Origin: a virus
Taxonomy: Duplodnaviria > Caudoviricetes
Length of the DNA: 32,360 nt
Strand: one strand, 5' to 3'
IMG/VR virus record: IMGVR_UViG_3300020045_001734
Span: 1 to 32,360 of that record
The notes beneath the pieces are model-generated. The model was not told the origin of the DNA and made no database searches. It worked only from the letters and a program-made list of their open reading frames with translations. Below, one piece after another: positions 9,704 to 19,007 of the stretch (the first letter of the stretch is position 1; the number at the start of each line of letters is the position of its first letter). A program made the translations under genes and the position numbers.

Positions 9704-9942
9704 AAGTCGTCGCCTGTAATCTCGACATAATCCGCGTTCTGGTTGTCAGGGCGGGCATTCGGCAATGGAACGCCTTCAGCCTTGACGCGCGGGGGTGTCA
9801 TTTCTTCAGGGCGGGGATCGTAGCAAGCCCCACACACCATCAGGCCGGTCCATTCCTTGCGCAGGGCCTTCAAGCGCTTTTGAAAGCCGCACCGGTCGCA
9901 AATGCCGTATGGCGAACCGACGATGTAGGAATTGCCTGCCAT
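9700..9942 (-). CDS. Small Zn-finger phage protein between capsid and adaptor genes
   Basis: ICDRCGF...EWTGLMVCGACYDPRP; ATG 9942 preferred because the ORF-track start lies inside a hairpin. Confidence 0.7.
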   Translation of the reverse strand: MAGNSYIVGSPYGICDRCGFQKRLKALRKEWTGLMVCGACYDPRPEEMTPPRVKAEGVPLPNARPDNQNADYVEITGDDL

Positions 9943-9955
9943 TGCGGCCCCCGTG

Positions 9956-9988
9956 GAAAGAGTGCCCACCCTTTATAAGGCGGTGGGC
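9956..9988 (-). terminator. Putative intrinsic terminator/attenuator after the major capsid gene
   Basis: GCCCACC...GGTGGGC stem followed by ACTCTTT on the minus strand (weak U-tract). Confidence 0.55.
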
Positions 9989-10001
9989 GTTCCTTGAGCG
10001 G

Positions 10002-10916
10002 TTAAGCTCCGGCGCTTCCAAACGCCCCGCGCCAATCTGCCCAGCCAACAGAGTAGCGCTCTGTTGCCTTTGCCTTGGCGTTTTCGGTGTCGAAGTCGTT
10101 GTCCTTGGTGAATTCCATGGCACGACGTTGGAACGACAGCAGGCCGTAAGGAATGTCGCTCGTGACATACCAAGCATCTGCATCGGTCAGGTACGGATCG
10201 ACAATCACCGTGTTGATCAAGCCCTTCGAGCGAAGGACGTTGACGTTATTGGTGGCCGATGCGTCCGTCTTTGCGCCCGACTGAAGTTCACTGTCCAAAA
10301 TGCGGGCAGCGTTGAACATTTCAGACGGGTGGATCACCAGAGCCTTAGGTTGCGCGCCGAGGATGTGACCCCGTGCGTTCTTCATGGTCTGGATAGCCGT
10401 TACAGCCGCTTCGATGCCAGCTTCTGACAAGTCAGCAGCGGTCAGCAAGTTCGACTGGTTGCCCGACAAAGTTGGATGCGATGCCGAGAAAAGCGCCACG
10501 CCATCACCGCCGAGGTACGAACCCGAAAAGCCACGGTTCAGCACGTTGGCGTGAACAATGCACTTGGTCGAGTTCATCGAACGCGCCAGTTCCTGCGAGC
10601 GGCGTTCTGCGATGGTGCGGTATTGACCGTCTTCGATGGCTTCGCGGGTCACGATGTAACCAAGGCCATAGACCACGTTGGTGAAACGTGTCTTGTAGCC
10701 TTCGCCGTCGTTGTCGTAACCGATTGATGCGCCTTCAGGCTTCGGAGCGGCAAGGCCAAAGCCGGTAGCTTCAGTGATTTCCTCGTAAGCCTTGTCCGAC
10801 GTTTCCGACTGGAAATACGCTTCATATGGCTTGCCATATTCGTCGTACTTGTTGCCGAACCATGCCTTGATACCAGGCCAAAGGTTGGACGGGTGATTTG
10901 AACGAGTAATTGTCAT
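10002..10916 (-). CDS. Major capsid protein (HK97 fold, Mu gpT-like family)
   Basis: 304 aa; SDKAYEE, GFGLAAPKPEG, GGDGVALFSASHP, PYLTDADAW and ERYSVGWADWRG; strong SD GGAGGA. Confidence 0.9.
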   Translation of the reverse strand: MTITRSNHPSNLWPGIKAWFGNKYDEYGKPYEAYFQSETSDKAYEEITEATGFGLAAPKPEGASIGYDNDGEGYKTRFTNVVYGLGYIVTREAIEDGQYRTIAERRSQELARSMNSTKCIVHANVLNRGFSGSYLGGDGVALFSASHPTLSGNQSNLLTAADLSEAGIEAAVTAIQTMKNARGHILGAQPKALVIHPSEMFNAARILDSELQSGAKTDASATNNVNVLRSKGLINTVIVDPYLTDADAWYVTSDIPYGLLSFQRRAMEFTKDNDFDTENAKAKATERYSVGWADWRGAFGSAGA

Positions 10917-10928
10917 GTTCCGTCCTCC

Positions 10929-11513
10929 TTAGACGCCAGTGGTGCCAGAAGCGGGGGTTTCAGTCGCTTCGACAATCGAAACGAGCCATACAGGGCCGGT
11001 GCCGCCGATGGTGTTGCCGATGGTCTGGTCAAAGCCGACAATGCGGACCTGTGCAGACGTGGTGGCCTTGGTCGAACTATCGAGCATGTAGCCAGAACGC
11101 TTGGTGTAAACGCTGCCCGTGCCAGCCACCAAATCAGCGTTATTGCCGATATCCGTGGTGGCCAGAGCGCCGCCTACTGCGTCCTCTTCGACTGCGAACA
11201 ACAGGAACGGATCATCCGCAACAAGCAGATAATCAGCTTCGGAAGCTGCACGATAGCCGCGATTGATTGCAGTGGTTGAACCGGCTGCAACATTGTCCTT
11301 GGGCGCAAAGCCTACGACAACGCCGGTGATGTTTGCACCAGCAGCAGCACGGGCAACGCCAGGAACGCCAGCAGCGTCACCAGTGCCCGAAATAACGACA
11401 GGATCGCCGATGAAAATGTTGTTCGTTTCGCCAGCGGCGACGGAATACAGATTAGCCGCCCCGTTGTATGAATCCCCGCTCTTGTAGCGGATGGGTGTAA
11501 GACCAAAAGGCAT
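10929..11513 (-). CDS. Probable capsid decoration / minor capsid protein
   Basis: MPFGLTP...NIFIGDPV...VVVGF...VADDP; beta-rich; directly upstream of the capsid gene. Confidence 0.6.
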   Translation of the reverse strand: MPFGLTPIRYKSGDSYNGAANLYSVAAGETNNIFIGDPVVISGTGDAAGVPGVARAAAGANITGVVVGFAPKDNVAAGSTTAINRGYRAASEADYLLVADDPFLLFAVEEDAVGGALATTDIGNNADLVAGTGSVYTKRSGYMLDSSTKATTSAQVRIVGFDQTIGNTIGGTGPVWLVSIVEATETPASGTTGV

Positions 11514-11948
11514 TTAGACCTCCGTGAGTTTGTTCCCCGGCACGGAATAAAGGCCATCCGCGCCAGCCTTGTCAGCGGTCGGTCGGGCAAGCTGTTCTTG
11601 ATCGCGGTCTTTCAGAGCGGCCAACTTTTCGGCCCTGTCCGCGTCCATGAATGCTTTAGGCTTCATCAGCAGATGCTGTTGCATCGCCTTGCCTTCCGAA
11701 CCAATACCACCGTGAATGGGTTCGACGCCGGGAACCTTGTCCCAATCGTCATGCCGCGTAAGCTGTTGCATGCGGTTTCCGTCGTCGCGGCCCCACCGAA
11801 ACTCCATATCGGGGTAAGCTTTGAGAACGTCCGCAGGGATTTCCAGCCTGCTTGCAATGCCACCCGATCTACGGCGGCGCTCTTGGTTCGTCGTTTCGTC
11901 ACGCTTTGGACGCCCCGGACGGCGGGTTTCTGAAGTGCCTTCTAGCAC
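11514..11948 (-). CDS. Conserved head-module hypothetical protein
   Basis: GTG 11948 lies 7 nt after AGGAG, just past the scaffold stop; FRWGRDDGNRM...LLMKPK. Confidence 0.65.
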   Translation of the reverse strand: MLEGTSETRRPGRPKRDETTNQERRRRSGGIASRLEIPADVLKAYPDMEFRWGRDDGNRMQQLTRHDDWDKVPGVEPIHGGIGSEGKAMQQHLLMKPKAFMDADRAEKLAALKDRDQEQLARPTADKAGADGLYSVPGNKLTEV

Positions 11949-11949
11949 A

Positions 11950-12744
11950 TTAATTCTCCTCGTAATAGATTTTTGCGTATTCCTCGCGATTAATTCCGCG
12001 CTTGGCCTCAAATTCGAGTGCGGCCTTTTGCGCATCAGCAGGAAGTGACGCGAAACCCTTCTTGGCGGATACTGCCGAACGCGCGCCCGGTGTGTTCAAT
12101 GGCGCTGCTTTTGGCTTAGGCTTTTCAGCCTCGAAGAACTCCGGAAACATCTGTTTTGCTTCACGTTCAACGATAGCCAGTTGACGCGCTGGTCCAAGTC
12201 CAGTCGCAGCCAGTTCATTGGCGCGATTGACCGCCCATGCCGTCGCTTCCTTGTCCTTTTGGAACCAGTTGGCGTTACGCTCGACAAACGAATGTGTTTC
12301 GTCTGGAACGGGTGCGGGCGCGACTTCAGCTACCTTGGCAAGTTCACGCTCTGCACGAACGAATGCATCACGGTCGCCAGCATCAAACGCTTCCTCGCGC
12401 TCTTGCATCAGGCGTTCGCGCTCTTTGGCGACTTCGCGTTCGGTAATGGAAACGGACGTTCGGGCCACGCGGGCAAGCTGGTCTTCGACACCCTTCAGGC
12501 GGTTGCCAAGCTTGCGGTTTACATCGACCGTGGCGCGCATGTATTCGTGCGCGGGCTTCCACTTGTCGGGATCGCCCTTCCAATCCTCTTTCGGTCGCCA
12601 ACCCATTTCGCTGGCAAGACCTTCAACCGTTACCGGCTCCGGTTCGGTTTGTTCAATCACATCGGCGGGTTCGGTCGTTTCAACCTCTACCACTTCAATC
12701 GCTTCGTCTCCCGACGATGCATTCTGTTCTAGGTCCATAGACAC
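11950..12744 (-). CDS. Scaffolding protein
   Basis: Acidic N-terminus, MGWRPKEDWKGDPDKW, long coiled coil, NANWF, C-terminal REEYAKIY helix; lies between portal and capsid. Confidence 0.75.
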   Translation of the reverse strand: MSMDLEQNASSGDEAIEVVEVETTEPADVIEQTEPEPVTVEGLASEMGWRPKEDWKGDPDKWKPAHEYMRATVDVNRKLGNRLKGVEDQLARVARTSVSITEREVAKERERLMQEREEAFDAGDRDAFVRAERELAKVAEVAPAPVPDETHSFVERNANWFQKDKEATAWAVNRANELAATGLGPARQLAIVEREAKQMFPEFFEAEKPKPKAAPLNTPGARSAVSAKKGFASLPADAQKAALEFEAKRGINREEYAKIYYEEN

Positions 12745-12792
12745 TCACTCTTGCCCATCAGGCGGGCCACCGATCCCCACTGCGGGGAAAAC

Positions 12793-13041
12793 TTAGTAAA
12801 GCGCTAGAATGTCGGTTGCGGTCGTGCCGGTTGCGAGAACTTGGATAGGGGCGAAAGGATGTTCACCCGCTGCCATATTCTTGAACAACACCCCGCCCGA
12901 TTTGCCGGGCAAGATCATTGTCACATCACCGGCCACGCCAACATAAATGCCCCGTGGTTCAGCGAATGTGGCCCCCACAGTGTCGCTTGGTGTAATGGCA
13001 ACCGCGTACTTAGCCGCCGAAACATCACGCCCGCTCATCAT
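12793..13041 (-). CDS. Head-spike base protein-like (RcGTA Rcc01079 family)
   Basis: AVAITPSD...RGIYVGVAGDV...LFKNMAAG..P....VLATGTTATDILAL matches my recollection of this family. Confidence 0.6.
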   Translation of the reverse strand: MMSGRDVSAAKYAVAITPSDTVGATFAEPRGIYVGVAGDVTMILPGKSGGVLFKNMAAGEHPFAPIQVLATGTTATDILALY

Positions 13042-13372
13042 AAACCCCCTTCAAGTCTGCATCCGCGATGATGCGATATTTGTTGCCGTCAGCAAGTTCG
13101 ACAGGTTCACCACCGCCCGCGTAGCGCTGGAAACGCACCAGATCGCCAGCCTTGGGCAGATCATTGACGCCAACCCAATCGCCGCCCGTGAACGCCATCT
13201 GCGACACTGCGACAACGCGGCCCTTTTCCGAGGCGCTGCTTTCGCGTTCGGTGTGTTTGCCGGGCAGGATAATGCCGCCTGCGGTCTTTTCCTCAAGCAC
13301 ATCGACAGCCACAAGCACGTTGTAGCCCATCGGTCGCAAGCCGGGTTTGCAGTCTTCAAGCTTCGGGATCAT
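13025..13372 (-). CDS. groES: Co-chaperonin GroES (cpn10)
   Basis: LRPMGYNVLV, mobile loop EEKTAGGIILP, GRVVAV, KAGDLVRFQRYAG and YRII...DLKGV. Confidence 0.9.
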   Translation of the reverse strand: MIPKLEDCKPGLRPMGYNVLVAVDVLEEKTAGGIILPGKHTERESSASEKGRVVAVSQMAFTGGDWVGVNDLPKAGDLVRFQRYAGGGEPVELADGNKYRIIADADLKGVYDERA

Positions 13373-13595
13373 TGATAGCCTTCCAATCGTCGAAAGTGTT
13401 GCCGGTGAAGGTGTTGCTAACCTCTACCCGTGCGCGGGCCGTGTGGAGCGCCAGAGGGTCAAGGTTGCCCTCCCATGCCATGCCCTGCCACGCCTGCATT
13501 TCACGCTCTGCAAGGGCCTGCATTGCCGCCATGACGTATTGCGTCACGGGCAGTTGCTGCCACTCGGCAAAGTCCTTCTCGTCAAACGGCATCAA
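13356..13595 (-). CDS. Hypothetical protein following the portal
   Basis: 79 aa, FAEWQQLPVT; overlaps both neighbours. Confidence 0.6.
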   Translation of the reverse strand: MMPFDEKDFAEWQQLPVTQYVMAAMQALAEREMQAWQGMAWEGNLDPLALHTARARVEVSNTFTGNTFDDWKAINDPEA

Positions 13596-15630
13596 CCATC
13601 CCCATGCCAGCCTTGACCGCTTCCAATTCGGCCTTGGCTTGGTCTAGTTCGAGAGCGCCTGCGTCCAGTTCAACCGAGGCAGCCTTTGCCGCCGCGTCGG
13701 TTTCATCCTTGACCGCCTTTGCCACCTTGCCGCGTATCGTGGCCTCTGCGTCCTGCATCGCCATTGCCTGTTCTGGGCCGGGCGGTGGAGGTGGTGGCAG
13801 AATCTTTTCAATATCCTCGACATCAGCCGCTTCATAAACACGGCGCAGGACTTCTCGCACGTCACCGCCAACGGCTTGCAGGGATTCGATTGTGCCAAGC
13901 AGGAATTGCGCGCGGGCCATGCGCTGCATACGCGTCACGCTGGATGGATCGCTAACCGGCGCAATGTCCATATCGCGCCCGTCGAAGTCCTTCTGAAGGT
14001 CCGCAGCGGGATCGTCCAGAAGCTCCATGTATTCAGCTTGCGCGGCCTCATCAGTATGGGTGCCGATGTTGCGATAGAGTATCTTGAATTCACCCTTCAG
14101 GCCCAGATACACGCGCTTGTAGATCGCGGTGAAAACCTGCAAGCCTTGCTCTATCAGCGCCAACGTGGTGCCGACTTGTCCGTTGTTCGATCCTTCGCCG
14201 GTCAGAATATCCTTGATCGATGCGATATCACGCGCCGCGCCAAGGATAAGGTCCAGCAGGTTAAACATGACCTGCGACACTTGCGGGAAGGTCCGCTCCA
14301 CAATGCCATTGCGCAAAGCATCACCAGCGACAGGCACTGTTTTGTATTCGCCTGGACGCCAACGCAGCGACGACGATTGTCCGCGCCCTTGCAACTTCAG
14401 GCCCGACGCGACAAAGCCACCACCAGCCACAGCAGCGGTATTTGCATCGATCATCTGGTTAACCAGCGTGTTGATGACGTTGCCGTACTGGTGGAGCAAA
14501 TGCGCAAGGCCGATGTTGTAGAACGTGCCTTCAGGGTTCGGCATAAACCCGTATTTCGTGTAGAACTTGCGGCGCTCGATATAGGCCACATCGGTTTCAG
14601 CGAGTTGCACTTGCTCCGGCCCGAAGTCTGGCACGATGCGCAAAAGCTGCTTGGATTTGTGATCGATGGTGATGATATACGGCTCATCAATGCCGTCGTC
14701 GTCCAGATCGAAATACGCCTGCGCCTCAATCAAAAGGCGGGGTTCTTTTTCCTCTGGAGCAAATGTCGCTTCACGGTATTTGCCAGTGCGAATGTCCCGC
14801 TTGATTTGATGCGGGTAAATGCCGTCAATTTCCTCGGTGATCTGCGGCGCGTCATCCAATGACTTCGACGCATTGTTGACCACCAGCTTGAGCGCGGGCA
14901 CGAACTTGCTTTGATGTTTCCGGCCATCGAACCATGACTTGCGAAAGCCACAACCAATCGCGGGCATCTGGAACAACAGCGTGTCGGTTTCCGCCTCCCA
15001 TGCGTCCATCTGGTAGAACAGCATGTAGTTCATGTACTGTCGCACACGTTGAGCGCGCTTGGTCTTTTCGCCCGGTTCACGCTTCCAAACGGGTGTGGGA
15101 TCACCTCCTTCCGGTAACGGCATCAGACCTTGCGGTGTTATAACCGCAGGCCCTTGCTCGGTAAATGCGACAGGCATTCCTTGGAATTGAAAGCGGGGCT
15201 GGCCTTGCTCATCAAGCGCGGGCATCCCAGTATCATTACCCACCACCTTGCACGAAACCGCCTCGTCACCTTTGACGACAGCGGGATAAGCGCGGGCATT
15301 GAACTGCATCACGGCAGTAGCAAGCAGCGGATACTTGACGTTTGAAGCGTTCGGCCAAGGGAAGTCTTTGGCTTCCGGCTTGGTGTTGCCGATCTCTTTC
15401 AGCGCTTCCTCGGCGACTTCGGCCCAATCAGACCGGCTTTCCTTGTCGAGTTCGTAGGTTTCGCAAACCTGATCGACCACAACCGCAATTTTTTCCGGCG
15501 TGAGATATTCGGAAATATCACCTTCAGCCGCCGCAAACTGCATCAGCAATTCAAGCGACCGAATATCGGCCTTGGATTGAATATCCGCGCGGATTGCGTC
15601 TTCCGCTTCTACTGGAACATCCAATTCCAT
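13582..15630 (-). CDS. Portal protein
   Basis: 682 aa after TerL; KDFPWPNASNVKYP, QFNARAYP, FDLDDDGIDEPYI and TTLALIEQG. Confidence 0.85.
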   Translation of the reverse strand: MELDVPVEAEDAIRADIQSKADIRSLELLMQFAAAEGDISEYLTPEKIAVVVDQVCETYELDKESRSDWAEVAEEALKEIGNTKPEAKDFPWPNASNVKYPLLATAVMQFNARAYPAVVKGDEAVSCKVVGNDTGMPALDEQGQPRFQFQGMPVAFTEQGPAVITPQGLMPLPEGGDPTPVWKREPGEKTKRAQRVRQYMNYMLFYQMDAWEAETDTLLFQMPAIGCGFRKSWFDGRKHQSKFVPALKLVVNNASKSLDDAPQITEEIDGIYPHQIKRDIRTGKYREATFAPEEKEPRLLIEAQAYFDLDDDGIDEPYIITIDHKSKQLLRIVPDFGPEQVQLAETDVAYIERRKFYTKYGFMPNPEGTFYNIGLAHLLHQYGNVINTLVNQMIDANTAAVAGGGFVASGLKLQGRGQSSSLRWRPGEYKTVPVAGDALRNGIVERTFPQVSQVMFNLLDLILGAARDIASIKDILTGEGSNNGQVGTTLALIEQGLQVFTAIYKRVYLGLKGEFKILYRNIGTHTDEAAQAEYMELLDDPAADLQKDFDGRDMDIAPVSDPSSVTRMQRMARAQFLLGTIESLQAVGGDVREVLRRVYEAADVEDIEKILPPPPPPGPEQAMAMQDAEATIRGKVAKAVKDETDAAAKAASVELDAGALELDQAKAELEAVKAGMGMVDAV

Positions 15631-15710
15631 TGCGTATCCTTACACCCTTCTGGTCATCGCGACGATGGGTAGGCAAGCGCGGTATCACACTTGCGTGGTT
15701 AATGCAAATT

Positions 15711-17276
15711 TCAGTAGCCGGTCGTGCTGTTGCGGCCTTGGTCGTCGTGGTAGTCGTCGCCAATAACGTGCGCAGCTATCGGCACTGCGAATGTCAAAGC
15801 CGCCGCATCGCCCAAATCTGGCGAGAAGCCGAACCGTTCGCGGATGCTGTCTTTTGGCTCAATCACCAGTTCGTTGTTAGAACTGTAGCGCGTCTGCCCC
15901 TTACCCCATGCAGGCGCGGATAAGTCGGCATGAAGGCTATCGATGTTCGGGATTTGCACTTCCCCAGCCATCCAATCGCGCAGGTTATCCCACATCTCGG
16001 CACGGCGGTTTGCATAAAGCTCGTCACCAGTAGGCCCGACGCCAATCGGATTAGAGCCAAAGTTCACCGCGTTGACGACATCGGAATATCCAAGTTCGGC
16101 CAGGCGGTCATAAACACCCGCGCCAATGCCACCCACATCGATGTTCACCGCCGCCGGATTGTAGCGCTTAATCAACGAAACAACATGGCCCACCGTGGTC
16201 ATCAGGTCGTCAAAATCCCATGTGGCGCAAATATGGTTGCCCAGCTTTCGCCCGATCCTGTCAATCACTCCGGTTTTGTCACCACCGCCACGGGCCGGAT
16301 CAACACCAATAATCATCGCACCTTGTGGAATGACCGACCTTGCTCGCGCCATCGCGATGTGACCTGAAGGAATGAAGCTATTGCCCGCCGTCTGGAATGC
16401 CTCATCAGCGTTGGCGGGGTATTCCTGCTTGAACTTCCAGCACGGCTCATCATCAGGTTGCCCCGTTGCCGTCGCCATATCGCGGTTCTTGAGAAACGCC
16501 CAATACAACTGGTCATCGGTCAATCGGTTGGCGGCGCGGTAATCCTGCCACTTCTTGCCCGGCACCCATTCAGGAGGGCATGGCGTTGTATAGCCATCAT
16601 CCCAATACCACGGCATGAAGATAGCAATGTCGGTGCTATCCCCACGCTCTGCCGCTTTGTATCGCCGTTGGTAGACGTTGCCGATCCCGTTGGCGGTGCT
16701 TTCAAATACCCGCTCGGTTCCGTTGGCATCGGACTGCGCTTGCTCAAGCCCCGCTACATGATCCTCCGCGTTGGGCCAGAAAGCCACTTCAGAGCCATGG
16801 AGTAGCTGGACGGTACTTGACCGCCCCACTTCCTTAGTCCCTGCCGTAGCGACCGCGTAGGAGCATTCTCGGCCTGCAAAGATTAGCTCTTTCGCATTCG
16901 ATGCCGCCGTTTCGTGCCTCGCCCAATCTGGCACAAGCTCATGGTAGCGCTTCGTCATCTTGAAAAGGTTGTCGGTTGCTGGCTGTTCGTGCGTCAGGAT
17001 AAACGCATTCAAACCCTTCCCACCCCACATGCGCCAGTAGAACCGGCCTTGCAGATAGGTGGAACAGCCCATTTGCCGCCCCTTCAGGATGATTGCCCGA
17101 ACGCGGCCAATATCGCGGCGCTGTTTTTCAAGCCGCTCATGCAAATACAGTTGCGCGCGGTTTAGGCGAAAAGGCTCGATCTTGCCCGCCTTCGTCCGGA
17201 TGCGCAGCATGTGTTTGGCGAAATAGCTGAAGTCGTCGCGTAGGCGCTTCAGCTTTTCGCGGTCGAAGTCACTCAT
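15711..17276 (-). CDS. terL: Terminase large subunit
   Basis: ILKGRQMGCST (Walker A region), LHGSEVAFW (Walker B), ESTANG, nuclease IGVDPARGG and SPDLGDA; ATG 17276 overlaps the TerS end. Confidence 0.95.
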   Translation of the reverse strand: MSDFDREKLKRLRDDFSYFAKHMLRIRTKAGKIEPFRLNRAQLYLHERLEKQRRDIGRVRAIILKGRQMGCSTYLQGRFYWRMWGGKGLNAFILTHEQPATDNLFKMTKRYHELVPDWARHETAASNAKELIFAGRECSYAVATAGTKEVGRSSTVQLLHGSEVAFWPNAEDHVAGLEQAQSDANGTERVFESTANGIGNVYQRRYKAAERGDSTDIAIFMPWYWDDGYTTPCPPEWVPGKKWQDYRAANRLTDDQLYWAFLKNRDMATATGQPDDEPCWKFKQEYPANADEAFQTAGNSFIPSGHIAMARARSVIPQGAMIIGVDPARGGGDKTGVIDRIGRKLGNHICATWDFDDLMTTVGHVVSLIKRYNPAAVNIDVGGIGAGVYDRLAELGYSDVVNAVNFGSNPIGVGPTGDELYANRRAEMWDNLRDWMAGEVQIPNIDSLHADLSAPAWGKGQTRYSSNNELVIEPKDSIRERFGFSPDLGDAAALTFAVPIAAHVIGDDYHDDQGRNSTTGY

Positions 17277-17664
17277 CAAGTGCGTCCAGTGCCGCGCCAA
17301 GGTTCACACTGCCCGACAGTTCACGCTTATCGACCACCAACCCATTTAATTTAGCGATGTCCATCAGGGACATGCGGGAGACGCCAAATCCGGTTTCGGT
17401 GTCTTTGTCCTCGCCCTTTTGAGCAAGGCGCAATAGGCGTTCGGTAAGCATATCAACCGTCACCATTGTGCGTTCAACGGCGCGTTCCCGAAGTGTCGAT
17501 AGTCTTGCGGTAATCTTGGGGTTTTCCAAAAGCTCTTTTGCGCTCCGGTTCACAGTGGCGACCTTCATGCCCCCCGCATCATAGGCCCGCCGATAAGCCT
17601 CCGACGCATTGCCCGTTTCGATATAGGCGAGACAGAAAGCCTCCTGCTTAGGTGTCAGCGCCAT
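17269..17664 (-). CDS. terS: Terminase small subunit
   Basis: MALTPKQEAFCLAYIETGNASEAYRRAY...AKELLENPKI; TAATG coupling at 17664. Confidence 0.9.
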   Translation of the reverse strand: MALTPKQEAFCLAYIETGNASEAYRRAYDAGGMKVATVNRSAKELLENPKITARLSTLRERAVERTMVTVDMLTERLLRLAQKGEDKDTETGFGVSRMSLMDIAKLNGLVVDKRELSGSVNLGAALDALDE

Positions 17665-17912
17665 TAGTTCGCCCTTCCCTTGGACGAGGGCCGGTAATAC
17701 AGCCCCCACACATTCATCGCCGGATGGCAATCAGCCAGCTTGAACACTTCCGGCGCATCCCAATCGGCGCGCATGAACTGGTATTCGGCATTGCGGTCCA
17801 AACCCTTGGTGCAGCCGCCGTTCAGCACGTCAAGCACGGGCAGGAATCCGCATGACTTCATCCATGCCGTGTTTTCGTCAGCCAGCGCGTTTGTGTTCTT
17901 CCGTCCCATCAC
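17664..17912 (-). CDS. Hypothetical protein
   Basis: 82 aa; stop overlaps the TerS start. Confidence 0.5.
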   Translation of the reverse strand: MMGRKNTNALADENTAWMKSCGFLPVLDVLNGGCTKGLDRNAEYQFMRADWDAPEVFKLADCHPAMNVWGLYYRPSSKGRAN

Positions 17913-17964
17913 CCCACCCCCATCATTGTGTTGATCACCTTGCGCATCTCCTTGTCAGACCGGA

Positions 17965-18117
17965 TCAACGAACCATGCCCATTGCCCAAGCCGCGTAATC
18001 CGATTTGACGCCGCGATACTTTCCGGCCTTCCAGCGGGCGCGTACCTCGTCCTTGGTTATCCGCCGTTCCTGAATGTCGATCAGGTCGCAGAGGTATTCT
18101 GTGAGAGGAGCTTTCAT
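17965..18117 (-). CDS. Small hypothetical protein (50 aa, MKAPLTEYLCDLIDIQERR...)
   Basis: ATGA overlap with the primase stop; translated by hand; below the ORF-track cutoff. Confidence 0.5.
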   Translation of the reverse strand: MKAPLTEYLCDLIDIQERRITKDEVRARWKAGKYRGVKSDYAAWAMGMVR

Positions 18118-19007
18118 GCTGCATCTTCATCCGCCCAATCTTTCCCGACGTTTTGCGGTATGCGAACGTCGACCTTCACTCGGAACCTGTTTGCAAGCCG
18201 GTGTGCGAGTGCGAATGCCGCGGCTTGACCACCAAAGCCCGGATCATGGTCGCCAAAAACCACAATCTCATTCACACCTTCAGGCGGGATCCATTTGCCG
18301 AGCATAGTCGCGTTGAGCGCAGCCCATACTGGCATCCGAAAACGCTTTGCCGCGGCGATTGCCGTCTCAATACCTTCAGCAATGCCAAGCCGGTTGCCAT
18401 CGATCGGGAACAGCCGAACCGCGCAACCATCGGGCAATTCGCCTTGCATGGTCGCACGAAGCCGCTTGCCGTCGACCTTGCCGATAAACGTCCGGTGAAT
18501 TGTGATTGCATCGCCGTTCGACGCCTCGACAAGCGCAAGCATCGCAGGCCCGTAACCTTCACCGAACGGCTTGGGGCAATTAGCGTGGAAGCGCAGGCAG
18601 GACGCGCCGTGCAACACATTCCGGCTTGCCAGATATGCCGATACCGGATCATTGCCCGTTAGCGCTTCGGAGCCTGCCCACAATTCGCGCAGTCGGCGCT
18701 TGATAGCATCAGGATCAGCAACCTTGCGGATAGGCTCGACATTCACGCCACCGACGATCTTGTCGACCTCTTGCGCCGCGGTACGAAAGTCCCAGCCCTT
18801 GGCGCGCTTCAGCAATTCTATCCCGTCACCAGCGCCACAGACCGAGCAAATGAATGTCCCGTTGCCCTTGTCGTTATCCCAGCGGAAGCGGTCCCGCCCT
18901 TCACAGAACGGGCAAGGCCCATGCTTGCCGGTCAGGAACCTTTGGTCGATGCCAAGTTGCATCAGGATACCGCGCCATTTGCCGCGCGCACGATCAGCGG
19001 TTTTCAT
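18114..19007 (-). CDS. DNA primase (N-terminal Zn ribbon plus TOPRIM), no helicase domain
   Basis: KHGPCPFCEGRDRFR...CSVCGAGDG; IHRTF; GIAEGIETA; FGDHD..FGG; KDWAD. Confidence 0.9.
   Translation of the reverse strand: MKTADRARGKWRGILMQLGIDQRFLTGKHGPCPFCEGRDRFRWDNDKGNGTFICSVCGAGDGIELLKRAKGWDFRTAAQEVDKIVGGVNVEPIRKVADPDAIKRRLRELWAGSEALTGNDPVSAYLASRNVLHGASCLRFHANCPKPFGEGYGPAMLALVEASNGDAITIHRTFIGKVDGKRLRATMQGELPDGCAVRLFPIDGNRLGIAEGIETAIAAAKRFRMPVWAALNATMLGKWIPPEGVNEIVVFGDHDPGFGGQAAAFALAHRLANRFRVKVDVRIPQNVGKDWADEDAA

Noticed and set aside
13876-14862. 328-aa plus-strand ORF
   Set aside because: Antisense shadow of the portal gene with no motifs; expected from GC3 bias
15631-15710. Possible late promoter (TTGCAT...) or ncRNA between terL and portal
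   Set aside because: No convincing -10 at the correct spacing and no strong structure
17909-18130. 73-aa ORF from the track
   Set aside because: The alternative frame 17965-18117 has an ATGA overlap and a more protein-like composition
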